Positions 29,319 to 38,291 of a stretch of DNA of 58,821 nt are shown here, in pieces (within the stretch, counting starts at the first letter, position 1; each line of letters begins with the position of its first letter). The DNA is from a virus. Its lineage: Duplodnaviria; Caudoviricetes. A model generated the notes under the pieces. That model was not told where the DNA came from and ran no database searches. It worked only from the letters and a program-made list of their open reading frames with translations. Where the stretch lies: IMG/VR virus record IMGVR_UViG_3300022719_000175, positions 1-58,821 of that record; one strand, given 5' to 3'. The position numbers were made by a program, and so were the translations under genes.

Positions 29319-32240
29319 ATGGGATTCTTTGTCACCCTCGCGGTCTTCGCACTGACAACGGTCCTCCAGGAGTTTCTCCGTCCGAAGCCCGATTTCGAGA
29401 ACGCCCGGCCCGCCAACCTGGGCGACTTCCAATTCCCGACGACGACCGAAGGGCGTCCGATCCCGCTTATCGTCGGGACGGTCAAGCTCTCCGCGCCGAA
29501 CGTCGGATGGTACGGCGACCTCCGGCAGGTTCCCATCAAGGTGAAACAGAAGACCGGGATCTTCTCCTTCGTCCGGCAGATCGTCGGATACCGGTACTAC
29601 ATCGGAGTCCAGCTCGACTTCTGCCTTGGGACGACTGGGAAACTCCTCCGCCTTTGGTGGGGCGAGGACGAGCTGATCTCAACGCCGCAAGTCGGTGCCG
29701 GAACGATCTCGGTGAACGCGCCAGACTTCCTCGGCGGAGAGGACCTGGGTCGCGGCGGGATCATCGGGGACTTCACCTACACGACCGGAGCTCAGACCAC
29801 GGCGAACACTTACCTCTCTGCGTTCCAGGACATCGGCGGCTCCTCGCCGGTCTACAAGGGGACGTCCCAGGTTATCATCGAGGGCGTATACATCGGGACG
29901 TCGACCGATCTCTCTGCCATCGCCGCGGAGATGCAGCGGATCCCCGACGGGCTAGACCTCGCGACAGCTCACATCGGTGAGAATGACGCGGGCGATCACC
30001 TCGTCAACACTGTCGATGCGAACCCGGCGAACTTCATCTACGAGATCATCACCGACACGGACTGGGGCCTCGGCGAAAGCGCCGGGTCGATCGACCTCTC
30101 GTCGTTCCGCACCGCGGGCGGCACCTGGGCTGACGAGGGCAACGGGATCTCGATGGTCATTGACACGCAGAAGGACGCGATCGAGATCCTCCGAGAGATT
30201 GAGCGGCAGACCGACAGCTACCTCTACTTCGACCAGGCGTCGAAGACCTGGAAGATCAACCTGGTTCGTGGCGGCTACACGATCGGGAGCGTCCCGGCGC
30301 TTACTGATGCGAACGTCATTTCCATCGACAACTTCACCCGCGCGGGCTGGGGCGATACGACGAACGAGGTCCGCATCGGCTTCGCCGACCGCGCGAAAGA
30401 CTACTTCGAAACATTCGCGACTGCCCACGACACGGCGAACTTCCAGCTCCAAGGGAGCCAACACGTCACCGCCACGGAGAAGTATCCCGGCGTGAAGGAC
30501 GCGACGCTTGCGAACGCCATCGCCTGGCGAGAAATCCGGACCCTCTCCTACCCACTTGCACGGATGACGGTGAGGGTCGACCGGACCTTCTACGACCTCG
30601 TCCCGGGCGACGTCGTCTCCTACACCTCGACGACGCTCGGGCTCACACAGCTCCCGATGCGCGTCCAGCGGATCGACTACGGAAACATCGATGACCCGAC
30701 GATCCTTATCGACCTCGTCCAGGACCTCTTCGAGGCCCGGACCGGATCATACGCCGACCCTGCGGGAACGGGATGGACGGCGCCTGCGGATACCCTCGTC
30801 GCGGTACCGGCCGACGAGGCTCTGGTCATGGAGGCGCCGCGCGGCGTCCTCCTTCGGGCCGACTCCGAGGCTCGGAACCGGATCCTCGCGGCCGCGGCTT
30901 TCCAGGACGACGGTGCGACGGACTTCCGGATCTACCAGAACGAGTCCGGATCCTACGTTGAGGACGGGACGTCGGTCGGAGGCTTCCTCTACCTGGGCGA
31001 GTTGCGGAACGCGATCTCGGCCGGGACGACGAACCCGACCACGGTCTCGACCGAGACGATCGAGATTGACCCGGCGGCAAGTACGGTCGCGGAGCTGCTC
31101 GAAGACCTGCTCGATGGGCTCACTGCTGGAGACGTCGGGCTCGGGCTCCAGAACCTCCTCTTCATCGGGGACCGGACGGCCTCGTCGGACAACGGCGGGG
31201 AGTTTGTCTGCCCGACGTCGTTCGCGGACGGGACGACGCATGTCGACCTCGACGTCGTCTACCGGGGACTGCTCGACACGACTCCACAGGACCACGCCGC
31301 AGGGACCTCGGTCTTCCTCGTCTTCGGGGCAAACGTCCTCTCGCAGACGGACCTCGGGGACTCCGGGACAGTAAACGTCAAGCTCCGGACCCGCTCTCGA
31401 GCGGGCGGGGAAATCGCGGAGGGGACGGCGACTACCCACACGGTCGTTCTCGCGAACCGCTACGACGCACCCTACCCGCCGACGGCCTTGGAGCTGAACA
31501 CGGACGACTGGGGCGCCGCGACGGTGGACCTCGACGACGTCTTCACCGGAGGGACCGGGACGGACTTCGAGGACTGGGGCCTTCAGGTCGAGTGGCTGCG
31601 GCGGGACTTCCGAGTGTTCGACGAAGTGGACAACCTGACGGTGGACGCGGTGACGCGGGACAGCGCGTTCCTGACCGACACCAGCACGGAGTACCGGGTC
31701 CTCGTCTACAACGACCCGACGGGGACGAACGATCTCCTCGTCACGACCGCTTGGGACGGGACCAACCGCGTCGATGTCTCCCGGACGGAGATCCTTGCGA
31801 ACATGCCGACGCCAGGCGCCGTGCCCTCTGAGCTGCGGGTCGTCGTCGAGACGCGGCACACTGTCGACGCGACCGTCATCGAAGCGGTCCAAGATCTGGA
31901 CTACTCGTTCGACGCCGAGTCGACGGCCCTCGCGAATGACAACAACGGCGGGACCGCCGGACAGAACACGTGGGTCGAGGTCATCGCCTCGGCTCCGGAC
32001 ACCGGGACCTACGACATCGCAATCGGCTCGGCCTTCCCGACGAACGGGGACGTTGAGGTCCGGCTCAATGGCGGCGGAGGCTCCGTTGAGATCGCCTTCG
32101 GGGCGACGACCGGGACGTTCTCCGCAACCGCGGGCGACTCTATCGAAATCCGGCATACCTCCTCCGACTCGGGTCTGGAGAAGTTCTGCCAAGTCGACCC
32201 TCCGACCTCCACGGCCGGGGGCTATGCCATCTTTGTCTAA
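29319..32240 (+). CDS. Central tail fiber / tail hub protein
   Basis: 973 aa; FQFPT..EGRPIP...GT, DANPA..IYE.ITD.DWG and L.PGDV motifs. Confidence 0.85.
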   Translation: MGFFVTLAVFALTTVLQEFLRPKPDFENARPANLGDFQFPTTTEGRPIPLIVGTVKLSAPNVGWYGDLRQVPIKVKQKTGIFSFVRQIVGYRYYIGVQLDFCLGTTGKLLRLWWGEDELISTPQVGAGTISVNAPDFLGGEDLGRGGIIGDFTYTTGAQTTANTYLSAFQDIGGSSPVYKGTSQVIIEGVYIGTSTDLSAIAAEMQRIPDGLDLATAHIGENDAGDHLVNTVDANPANFIYEIITDTDWGLGESAGSIDLSSFRTAGGTWADEGNGISMVIDTQKDAIEILREIERQTDSYLYFDQASKTWKINLVRGGYTIGSVPALTDANVISIDNFTRAGWGDTTNEVRIGFADRAKDYFETFATAHDTANFQLQGSQHVTATEKYPGVKDATLANAIAWREIRTLSYPLARMTVRVDRTFYDLVPGDVVSYTSTTLGLTQLPMRVQRIDYGNIDDPTILIDLVQDLFEARTGSYADPAGTGWTAPADTLVAVPADEALVMEAPRGVLLRADSEARNRILAAAAFQDDGATDFRIYQNESGSYVEDGTSVGGFLYLGELRNAISAGTTNPTTVSTETIEIDPAASTVAELLEDLLDGLTAGDVGLGLQNLLFIGDRTASSDNGGEFVCPTSFADGTTHVDLDVVYRGLLDTTPQDHAAGTSVFLVFGANVLSQTDLGDSGTVNVKLRTRSRAGGEIAEGTATTHTVVLANRYDAPYPPTALELNTDDWGAATVDLDDVFTGGTGTDFEDWGLQVEWLRRDFRVFDEVDNLTVDAVTRDSAFLTDTSTEYRVLVYNDPTGTNDLLVTTAWDGTNRVDVSRTEILANMPTPGAVPSELRVVVETRHTVDATVIEAVQDLDYSFDAESTALANDNNGGTAGQNTWVEVIASAPDTGTYDIAIGSAFPTNGDVEVRLNGGGGSVEIAFGATTGTFSATAGDSIEIRHTSSDSGLEKFCQVDPPTSTAGGYAIFV

Positions 32241-32249
32241 GGGGGAAAC

Positions 32250-32567
32250 ATGGACCCGGACCGGATCGCGCGCATTGAGACCGCTCTCCATGACATCCAG
32301 CACAGTCTAGTCGCCGCGAACGCGCGACAGGAGGCCCAGGACGCGAAGCTCGACCGGGTCGAAGCGAAGGTCGACGCCGTCGAGGTTCGCGTGACGATGG
32401 TCGACGACTCGATCCGCGGGAACGGCGGGCCGGGACTCCGCGCTGCGCATCGGTCTCTTGAAGAGCGCGTCGCGGGCCTTGCGAAGGTCCAAGCCTGGGC
32501 TGTCGGCCTCGTCACGACCTGCGCGCTCGGCATGCTCGCGTGGTCTCTCGGAAAAATCTTTGCGTAA
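32250..32567 (+). CDS. Coiled-coil protein with C-terminal TM helix (holin/XhlA-like)
   Basis: Heptad-rich N-terminus and hydrophobic C-terminus WAVGLVTTCALGMLAWSLG; lies at the usual lysis-gene position. Confidence 0.5.
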   Translation: MDPDRIARIETALHDIQHSLVAANARQEAQDAKLDRVEAKVDAVEVRVTMVDDSIRGNGGPGLRAAHRSLEERVAGLAKVQAWAVGLVTTCALGMLAWSLGKIFA

Positions 32568-32597
32568 CCTTTGCTCCCGAGTGGTACAATCACGTTC

Positions 32598-34154
32598 ATG
32601 AGTGACATCAGACAGCGCACCGTCGAGGCCTACCTGCGCAACGGGGGCAACATCTCCGCCGCGGCTCGGGAAATCGGTCGGCACCCGTCGACCGTCCGGG
32701 AGCACATCCGCAAGGCCGGCATCGAGAAGCCGGTGACCAGCGGGCGCCTGGATCATCCCGAGCCCGCGAGGGCGCCACTCGGCCGCACGTACCTCTTGAC
32801 CTGTGCGCAGAACAACACCCCCGTGCACGGCCCATTCTGGGCCAACCTCGTGGCTCTGGCAGAGGACCGTGACGCGACCCTACTAGTGTCTCGGATCCGC
32901 TACAACCACCACGCCTTCGAGCCGGACGGCGAGGAGTTGTGGTACGACCCGGCGATCGCCGAGTACGCCTCCGACGACGCACTCGAGCTCGGCGACAGGC
33001 TGGTGTGGAACGCCGAGGTCAACATCCTGCCCACGGCCGTGAACCCGCTCTCCGGGTTCGACACCTTCAACGGGCCGAAGTCGAACGTCTTCCCGCACAC
33101 GAAGATCGCGATGGTCTCCGTGGCCAACTCGATGCACGAGCCCACGAAGTTTAACTACACGACAGGCACGGTCACGCAGCGGAACTACGTCCAGCGGAAG
33201 GCGGGCCAGAAGGCCAGCTTCCACCACGCCTACGGCGCGCTGCTCGTGGAGGTCGACTCGATGGGGCAGTGGTGGGCGCGGCAGATCAATGCCAACGAGG
33301 ACGGGTCGTTCCAGGACTTGGACACCGTCGTTCGCGACGGGAACCTCGAGGAGGGCAAAGTCGCGGCGATCATCTGGGGCGACATCCACGTGGCCAACCT
33401 CGATCCGACTGTCCGCGAGGCCTGTTGGGGCACCGGCGGGATGATCGACGAGCTGGCGCCCAAGTATCAGGTCTTCCACGACCTTCTCGACTTCCGGGCG
33501 CGTAACCACCACGACACTCGGAACCCGCACCTGAACTTCCAGAAACACCTTGAGGGCACGGACGACGTGGCCGCGGAGGTCCGGAAGACCGCCGATTTCC
33601 TGCATGAGGCGTACCGCGATGGCGTGCAGTCCGTGGTGGTCCCCAGTAACCACGACGACGCGCTGACGCGCTGGCTTCGCGAGGCGGACTATCGGGACGA
33701 CCCGAAGAACGCCCTCTTCTTCCTGCGCACCCAGACGGCCGTCTATACGGCGATCGCGGAAGGGGAAGACGACTTCCACGTCCTCGAGTGGGTGTTGCAG
33801 GAGAGTCCGTCCGATGGCGTGTGGAGCGCCGTCTTCCTGCAGACCGACGAGTCCTTCGTCGTGCAGGACGTGGAGCTCGGGAACCACGGGCACCTCGGGA
33901 TCAACGGGGCACGTGGGGCGCCGCGCCAGTTCGCTCGCTCAGGACGGAAGGCGGTGACAGGCCACACACACTCGGCGGGGATCATCAATGGCGTCTATAC
34001 CGTCGGCACGAGCAGCCGGCTGGACGCGGGATACAACAAGGGCCCGTCCAGCTGGAGTCACACGCACTGCGTGCTCTACTCCAACGGGAAACGGGCCCTT
34101 GTCACTCTCCGTGATGGGAAGTGGCGCGCTTATGCCCGTCCTTCCTCGTCGTAG
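32598..34154 (+). CDS. HTH + calcineurin-like metallophosphoesterase (T5 A1-like)
   Basis: N-terminal HTH (NISAAAREIGRHPSTV); GDIH, FHDLLD, SNHDD, HGH and GHTH motifs; extended -10 TGGTACAAT at 32582-32590. Confidence 0.72.
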   Translation: MSDIRQRTVEAYLRNGGNISAAAREIGRHPSTVREHIRKAGIEKPVTSGRLDHPEPARAPLGRTYLLTCAQNNTPVHGPFWANLVALAEDRDATLLVSRIRYNHHAFEPDGEELWYDPAIAEYASDDALELGDRLVWNAEVNILPTAVNPLSGFDTFNGPKSNVFPHTKIAMVSVANSMHEPTKFNYTTGTVTQRNYVQRKAGQKASFHHAYGALLVEVDSMGQWWARQINANEDGSFQDLDTVVRDGNLEEGKVAAIIWGDIHVANLDPTVREACWGTGGMIDELAPKYQVFHDLLDFRARNHHDTRNPHLNFQKHLEGTDDVAAEVRKTADFLHEAYRDGVQSVVVPSNHDDALTRWLREADYRDDPKNALFFLRTQTAVYTAIAEGEDDFHVLEWVLQESPSDGVWSAVFLQTDESFVVQDVELGNHGHLGINGARGAPRQFARSGRKAVTGHTHSAGIINGVYTVGTSSRLDAGYNKGPSSWSHTHCVLYSNGKRALVTLRDGKWRAYARPSSS

Positions 34155-34237
34155 ATCCCGAGCCACACAGACTCGATCTCGTCCGGGGTGTCCAACAGGT
34201 CTTCCTCCTTCGTGATGAGCGCGTCTTCGAGGTCCAT
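34130..34237 (-). CDS. Tiny acidic peptide (35 aa)
   Basis: GGAGG RBS then MDLEDALITKEEDLLDTPDEIESVWLGIYDEEGRA; not in the ORF track. Confidence 0.45.
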   Translation of the reverse strand: MDLEDALITKEEDLLDTPDEIESVWLGIYDEEGRA

Positions 34238-34269
34238 GCAGCCTCCTCCGGTGTGGCATCGTTCGATTT

Positions 34270-34629
34270 TCACGACGTCTCCTCTACTGCCAGCATCGGC
34301 AGGTGGTTGTGGTACTCCGCGACCGTTCCGTCCGGGTTCAGCACGATCTTTACTCGCAGGCCGGTCTCGAGCCGCAGTTCACCGCTGATGGCGGCCTTCG
34401 CCGCGTCGTACTTGTTCCGCTGCCACGCGTACGTTTCGCCGTCCTCCGTTGGGATCTGCGCGTAGAAGAAGCCGTCGGGGTAGAGCCGGACATCGTACTC
34501 TCCGGTCTTGAGCACCACGTTGCGGTCGTTCCGCGCGGACTCCGCGTAGAACCGCACCTCCTTCCGCTGGACCCACAGAAATCCCGCGTGCGCGTACCGC
34601 ACCCCGTTCTTCGTCGTGACCCACTTCAT
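34270..34629 (-). CDS. Hypothetical protein
   Basis: RBS GGAGG upstream; part of the only minus-strand operon. Confidence 0.65.
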   Translation of the reverse strand: MKWVTTKNGVRYAHAGFLWVQRKEVRFYAESARNDRNVVLKTGEYDVRLYPDGFFYAQIPTEDGETYAWQRNKYDAAKAAISGELRLETGLRVKIVLNPDGTVAEYHNHLPMLAVEETS

Positions 34630-34630
34630 A

Positions 34631-34855
34631 CTATTTTCCCTCCTTGATCATCTCTTCGATCTCCGTGACGAGGCCGCGCAGCAGATCCACGCAGTCGGCG
34701 TTGCGCACGTACCGCTCTTCGTCACTGCACAGAAACATCTCCGTCTTGCGCAGCTCGCCCACGAGGTCGTCGAGGCCGGCGGGGCTGCGGTCGATCGTGA
34801 GCGCCGTGCGCACGGTGCGCAGCGTGAACTTCTCGTCGAGTCTCCAGTTCTTCAT
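34631..34855 (-). CDS. Hypothetical protein
   Basis: AAGGAG RBS before ATG (MKNWRLDEKF...); TACTATTAGG motif upstream on the minus strand. Confidence 0.6.
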   Translation of the reverse strand: MKNWRLDEKFTLRTVRTALTIDRSPAGLDDLVGELRKTEMFLCSDEERYVRNADCVDLLRGLVTEIEEMIKEGK

Positions 34856-35023
34856 CGCGGTCTCCTTGGGTTGCGTGTGCCTCTGCCTAATAGTAGGGCG
34901 CTGACCCGGATCCGTACCGTACTTTTCCCGGAATCCCTCAGATTCTTCCTCCGCCGCGAGGATCGCGCCGTATCGCGACCGGTGAGCACCGCCCATGCGC
35001 TCGCAGGGCCCGCGCTGCCCATC

Positions 35024-35286
35024 GCGACAGAGGGCGACAGGGCAGTTTTGAGTTTTGAGTGAGTTTTGAGATGACGTAAGCTATGACCCCCGCACTCTTT
35101 ATCTTATTCTCTCTCAAAATCTTAAAAAAGAAGAGGTAGAAAGGGCTAGGGGAAGTTCCTAGTAGTAGCTTGCTCCCGGGGGTTTTCAAAACGCTTCGAG
35201 ATCTCAAGAGTTTTGAGTAGAGGCAGCCTAAAGCCAGTCCCGAGCAGCGCTTACGGCTGCTCAAAACCCGAGGCCGCTTTGAGTCG
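35024..35286. other. Origin-like non-coding element B (inverted homolog of A)
   Basis: TTTTGAG repeats and AT-rich core; its reverse complement matches blocks in 6235-6530. Confidence 0.6.
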
Positions 35287-35307
35287 GCAGAGTGCACAAG
35301 ACTTTGG

Positions 35308-35416
35308 CAGGTAAAAAAAGGGCGCACATTTTTACCTGGTGCCGCAGACTGTCAGGCACCTAAGTTCCGCTCTGGGCACGGCTTAGTTTTCCTCGAGCAT
35401 TGACACAGCAGTTGCT
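35308..35416 (+). promoter_or_regulatory. Sigma54-like promoter module, copy 1 (degenerate -24)
   Basis: CAGGTAAAAA-N11-TTTTTACCTG, then TAAG-N17-CTTA, then TGACAC-N5-TTGCT. Confidence 0.5.
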
Positions 35417-35501
35417 TACTAGTATCTCGTCCAGCGCGTTTTCGCCGCCTAGGCTGTGCGGTTCTCGTCCTGCGCTGTACTATTAGGTGGAGGAGGAAGT
35501 G

Positions 35502-36161
35502 ATGACGAAGTTCGAACTGCTGCGCCTCGCCGAAGAGACCCGTGAGAAAGCGATCACTCGCAAACCTGAGTGGGAGCAGCATCTGCGCCGCTGCCGCTTC
35601 GAGGTGAGCGGCCGCATGACCAGCACGGCCGGAATGGCCGACCAGAGCGGGCGCATCAAACTCAGCGCGCCCATCCTCATGAACCCGGAGAACCCGCTGT
35701 CCGACGTCAAGAACACCATCCTCCACGAAATGGCTCACTGCGTGGACTTCTGGGTCTTCGGCGGCTGGAGTCACGGACGGACCTGGGTGATCACAGCGCA
35801 GAGCATCGGCTGCAACGCCAAGCGGTGTCACCGCATGAAGACCGTCAAGCGCCCGTCGGGGCGGATCCACGATATCCAATGCAACAAGTGCGGGTACATC
35901 GCGAAGGTCACGAAACTCATCCTTGGCCGCCTCAAGAGCGGCACTTACGAGTACCGCCACACAGGCTGCCGCGGCGGTCTCTTCGTGGCCGTTCAGCCCA
36001 CCGAAATCAAGCCGGCCGCGGAGAAGGCTGCGCGGCGCAGCAAGGACGTGTTCGTGCCTGCGCACGAAGGCCACGTCACCTGCACCGTCTGCAACAAGAC
36101 CATCAAGAAGGGATCCAAAGGTGACCACCTCAAGTCGAAAGGACACCAGCGAAACGTGTGA
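35502..36161 (+). CDS. SprT-like metalloprotease with C-terminal zinc fingers
   Basis: RMTSTAG, ILHEMAH and HGRTW motifs, CNKC, and CTVC..H..S..H. Confidence 0.85.
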   Translation: MTKFELLRLAEETREKAITRKPEWEQHLRRCRFEVSGRMTSTAGMADQSGRIKLSAPILMNPENPLSDVKNTILHEMAHCVDFWVFGGWSHGRTWVITAQSIGCNAKRCHRMKTVKRPSGRIHDIQCNKCGYIAKVTKLILGRLKSGTYEYRHTGCRGGLFVAVQPTEIKPAAEKAARRSKDVFVPAHEGHVTCTVCNKTIKKGSKGDHLKSKGHQRNV

Positions 36162-36405
36162 TTTCCTGTACGAGTGCTACGAGTGCGGGCAGCCCACCGA
36201 ACCCTTCGACGTCGAAGCGGTCACGGAGGGCCTGCCGCCGCGCGTGCTCAAGGATTTCCGGGTCAGGTGCCCGGACTGCGTGAACGAATTCAAGCCGGAC
36301 GGCCCGGATCACCTGTGGTGCCGCGCGTGCAAGAAGCGGATCAAGGTGGGCTCGAAGGCCGACCACATCAAGAGCAGGAGGCACCAACAGTGCAGTCCAT
36401 CGTGA
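36154..36405 (+). CDS. Zn-finger protein lacking a canonical start (possible ACG start or frameshifted extension)
   Basis: CYEC...CPDC...CRAC..H..S..H; repeats the SprT C-terminal finger. Confidence 0.5.
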   Translation, partial: TCDFLYECYECGQPTEPFDVEAVTEGLPPRVLKDFRVRCPDCVNEFKPDGPDHLWCRACKKRIKVGSKADHIKSRRHQQCSPS

Positions 36406-36725
36406 CACGCGAAGTCTACGCGACGCTGCGACTCGCGCACTACGAGACCGACTATCCGGACAACCCCGCGCTCGCCCACCTCATGCGGTGGGAGATCCAG
36501 CGGCGGGAGGTCCAAACCCACGAGCTCGTGTCCGTGGAAGGCGCCTTCGTGATGAGCGCGCGGCTCGAGATCGATCGCAACGGGTTCGTGCATGACCGCT
36601 GGACCGTCGCGTACGTGACGGACACGAGCCGGCGGTTCCTGCTCAAGGAGGCCGACGCGCCGAGCGCGCATGCCCTCGTGCGAGGCCTGTGGAGCAAGTT
36701 CAACGCGACCGGCTCCATCTTCTAA
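36390..36725 (+). CDS. Hypothetical protein
   Basis: AGGAGG RBS before GTG. Confidence 0.55.
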   Translation: MQSIVTREVYATLRLAHYETDYPDNPALAHLMRWEIQRREVQTHELVSVEGAFVMSARLEIDRNGFVHDRWTVAYVTDTSRRFLLKEADAPSAHALVRGLWSKFNATGSIF

Positions 36726-36746
36726 TAGTACCAGACTCCTCCTCTC

Positions 36747-36780
36747 GCCCGAGTCCCCCTGTTTGGGCTCGGGCTTTTTT
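36747..36780 (+). terminator. Rho-independent terminator
   Basis: GCCCGAG...CTCGGGC stem followed by TTTTTT. Confidence 0.8.
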
Positions 36781-36847
36781 CGTTTCCGGAGGGTTCGCAG
36801 CACGCCGTCGGCAGGTATGATGGAGGATCTCCCTGAAAGGAGGTTCC

Positions 36848-37177
36848 ATGCGGATCAACCTGCGCCGTGTTCTCTTTGTGGCTCTCCTGGGGGCTGGTGC
36901 CCTCATTCTCGTCTCGTTTATCTCTGGCTGCCGGAACGTCGACCGGCACTACTACCCTCCGACGGGCGACGTCAACGGCGACGGCGTTGTCGATGAGCTC
37001 GACGTCGAGGACCTCGAAGCGCGCCTGGGCATCGAGCCCGACGTCTCCTGCCCGCTCCCCGATCCCGCCGACGTCAACGGTGATGGGTTCATCAACGCAC
37101 GCGACGTCGTCGCGCTCCTCAAGATCATCCGCGATAACCGCCTCTGCGAGCGGTATGGCATCCGCTGCGACGACTGA
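36848..37177 (+). CDS. Lipoprotein with dockerin type I-like domain
   Basis: Signal peptide with lipobox ISGC; GDVNGDGVVDELDV...CPLPDPADVNGDGFINARDV. Confidence 0.8.
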   Translation: MRINLRRVLFVALLGAGALILVSFISGCRNVDRHYYPPTGDVNGDGVVDELDVEDLEARLGIEPDVSCPLPDPADVNGDGFINARDVVALLKIIRDNRLCERYGIRCDD

Positions 37178-37455
37178 TGTTCCGCAAGCGTCCCGGCACC
37201 ATCACCGCGCTCGGTTATCCCGTGTTCCTCCCCTTAATGGGGATCTGCATAGGCGCTCAAGTTGCGCTCATGCTCGTCGGGATCGTCGACCAGGACTACA
37301 CCCCATTCGCCCTCGGCCTCTCGTCGTTCGCTCTCACTTACTGGGGCCTCTCGACGCTCTCGAAGATCGAGAAGGATTACTCCTACGCCATCGCGATGAG
37401 GCGACGTTACGAGGCCGAGGAGCAGCGTCTCATCGAGGAGTCGAAGAAGCGATGA
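37177..37455 (+). CDS. Small membrane protein (2 TM)
   Basis: Two hydrophobic segments and a charged tail. Confidence 0.6.
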   Translation: MFRKRPGTITALGYPVFLPLMGICIGAQVALMLVGIVDQDYTPFALGLSSFALTYWGLSTLSKIEKDYSYAIAMRRRYEAEEQRLIEESKKR

Positions 37456-37511
37456 CGCCTCGGTTCGAATGCCGTGGTCTACCTCTGGCAGCAATGGAAG
37501 AACCGGAAACG

Positions 37512-37748
37512 ATGATCGAGCCCATCACTCCCATCCACCGACCCTGGTACCAGGCGATGATGGCATTCTTCGTCGGCGCGCTCTTCTTCGGCGGTACCTT
37601 CCACGCCGTCGAAGGGCGTGTCCTCGCGGGTGGGTTCTGCCTGTTCGCAGGCGTCACCACGATCCTCGCAGTCCGCGGGATGATCAACGTCGATCGCGAC
37701 TGGCAGCGCCTCCACGAGGCGAAGAAACGCTACGAGAGGAAGCGATGA
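37512..37748 (+). CDS. Small membrane protein (2 TM)
   Basis: Two hydrophobic segments and a basic tail. Confidence 0.55.
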   Translation: MIEPITPIHRPWYQAMMAFFVGALFFGGTFHAVEGRVLAGGFCLFAGVTTILAVRGMINVDRDWQRLHEAKKRYERKR

Positions 37749-38206
37749 GTCTTAAGAAACGCTTGCAGGCCCTCGCCAAGATCGCCAAGGGCGGACCCCA
37801 CGCAGTGGAGATCCGCCGCAACGGTCGAGCAGTCGCGTGCAACAACCGCGTCCGTCTCTCCACGCCCCTACTGAGTGGCGTGTCGGAGGAGGTCTCCGTT
37901 GACCCGACCGTGATCGCGGAAGTCGCGAAGGGCATGTCCGCCAAGGACACGGATTTCTGCTTCTCAAGCGGAACCAGTGATTTCCCGCCGATCGAGCCGC
38001 TGCCGTATCTACCGCCGGCGGACCCGTCATGCACGACGCACGTGGACCCGTTCCTGCTCAAGCGGGCAGTGGACGCCCTGACCTCGTGTTGGGAGGGACC
38101 CAAGGCAGACGCCTGTGTCCGGGTCCATTTCTACCCAAGCCAGCAGGCTATCGTGATGAGCGCGAACGACGTGCACGTCATCCTGCGATCGGTGGTCCCA
38201 GTATGA
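37745..38206 (+). CDS. Hypothetical protein (weak beta-clamp-fragment resemblance)
   Basis: DFPPIEPL...VDPFLL pattern; ATGA overlap. Confidence 0.45.
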   Translation: MSLKKRLQALAKIAKGGPHAVEIRRNGRAVACNNRVRLSTPLLSGVSEEVSVDPTVIAEVAKGMSAKDTDFCFSSGTSDFPPIEPLPYLPPADPSCTTHVDPFLLKRAVDALTSCWEGPKADACVRVHFYPSQQAIVMSANDVHVILRSVVPV

Positions 38207-38291
38207 GCTACCTGCCGCCGATCATCCACGTGAACGGCCGACCTTTCCAGTTGCTGAACGGCGTGTATTACCCGCTGGAGAGCGATTGCAG

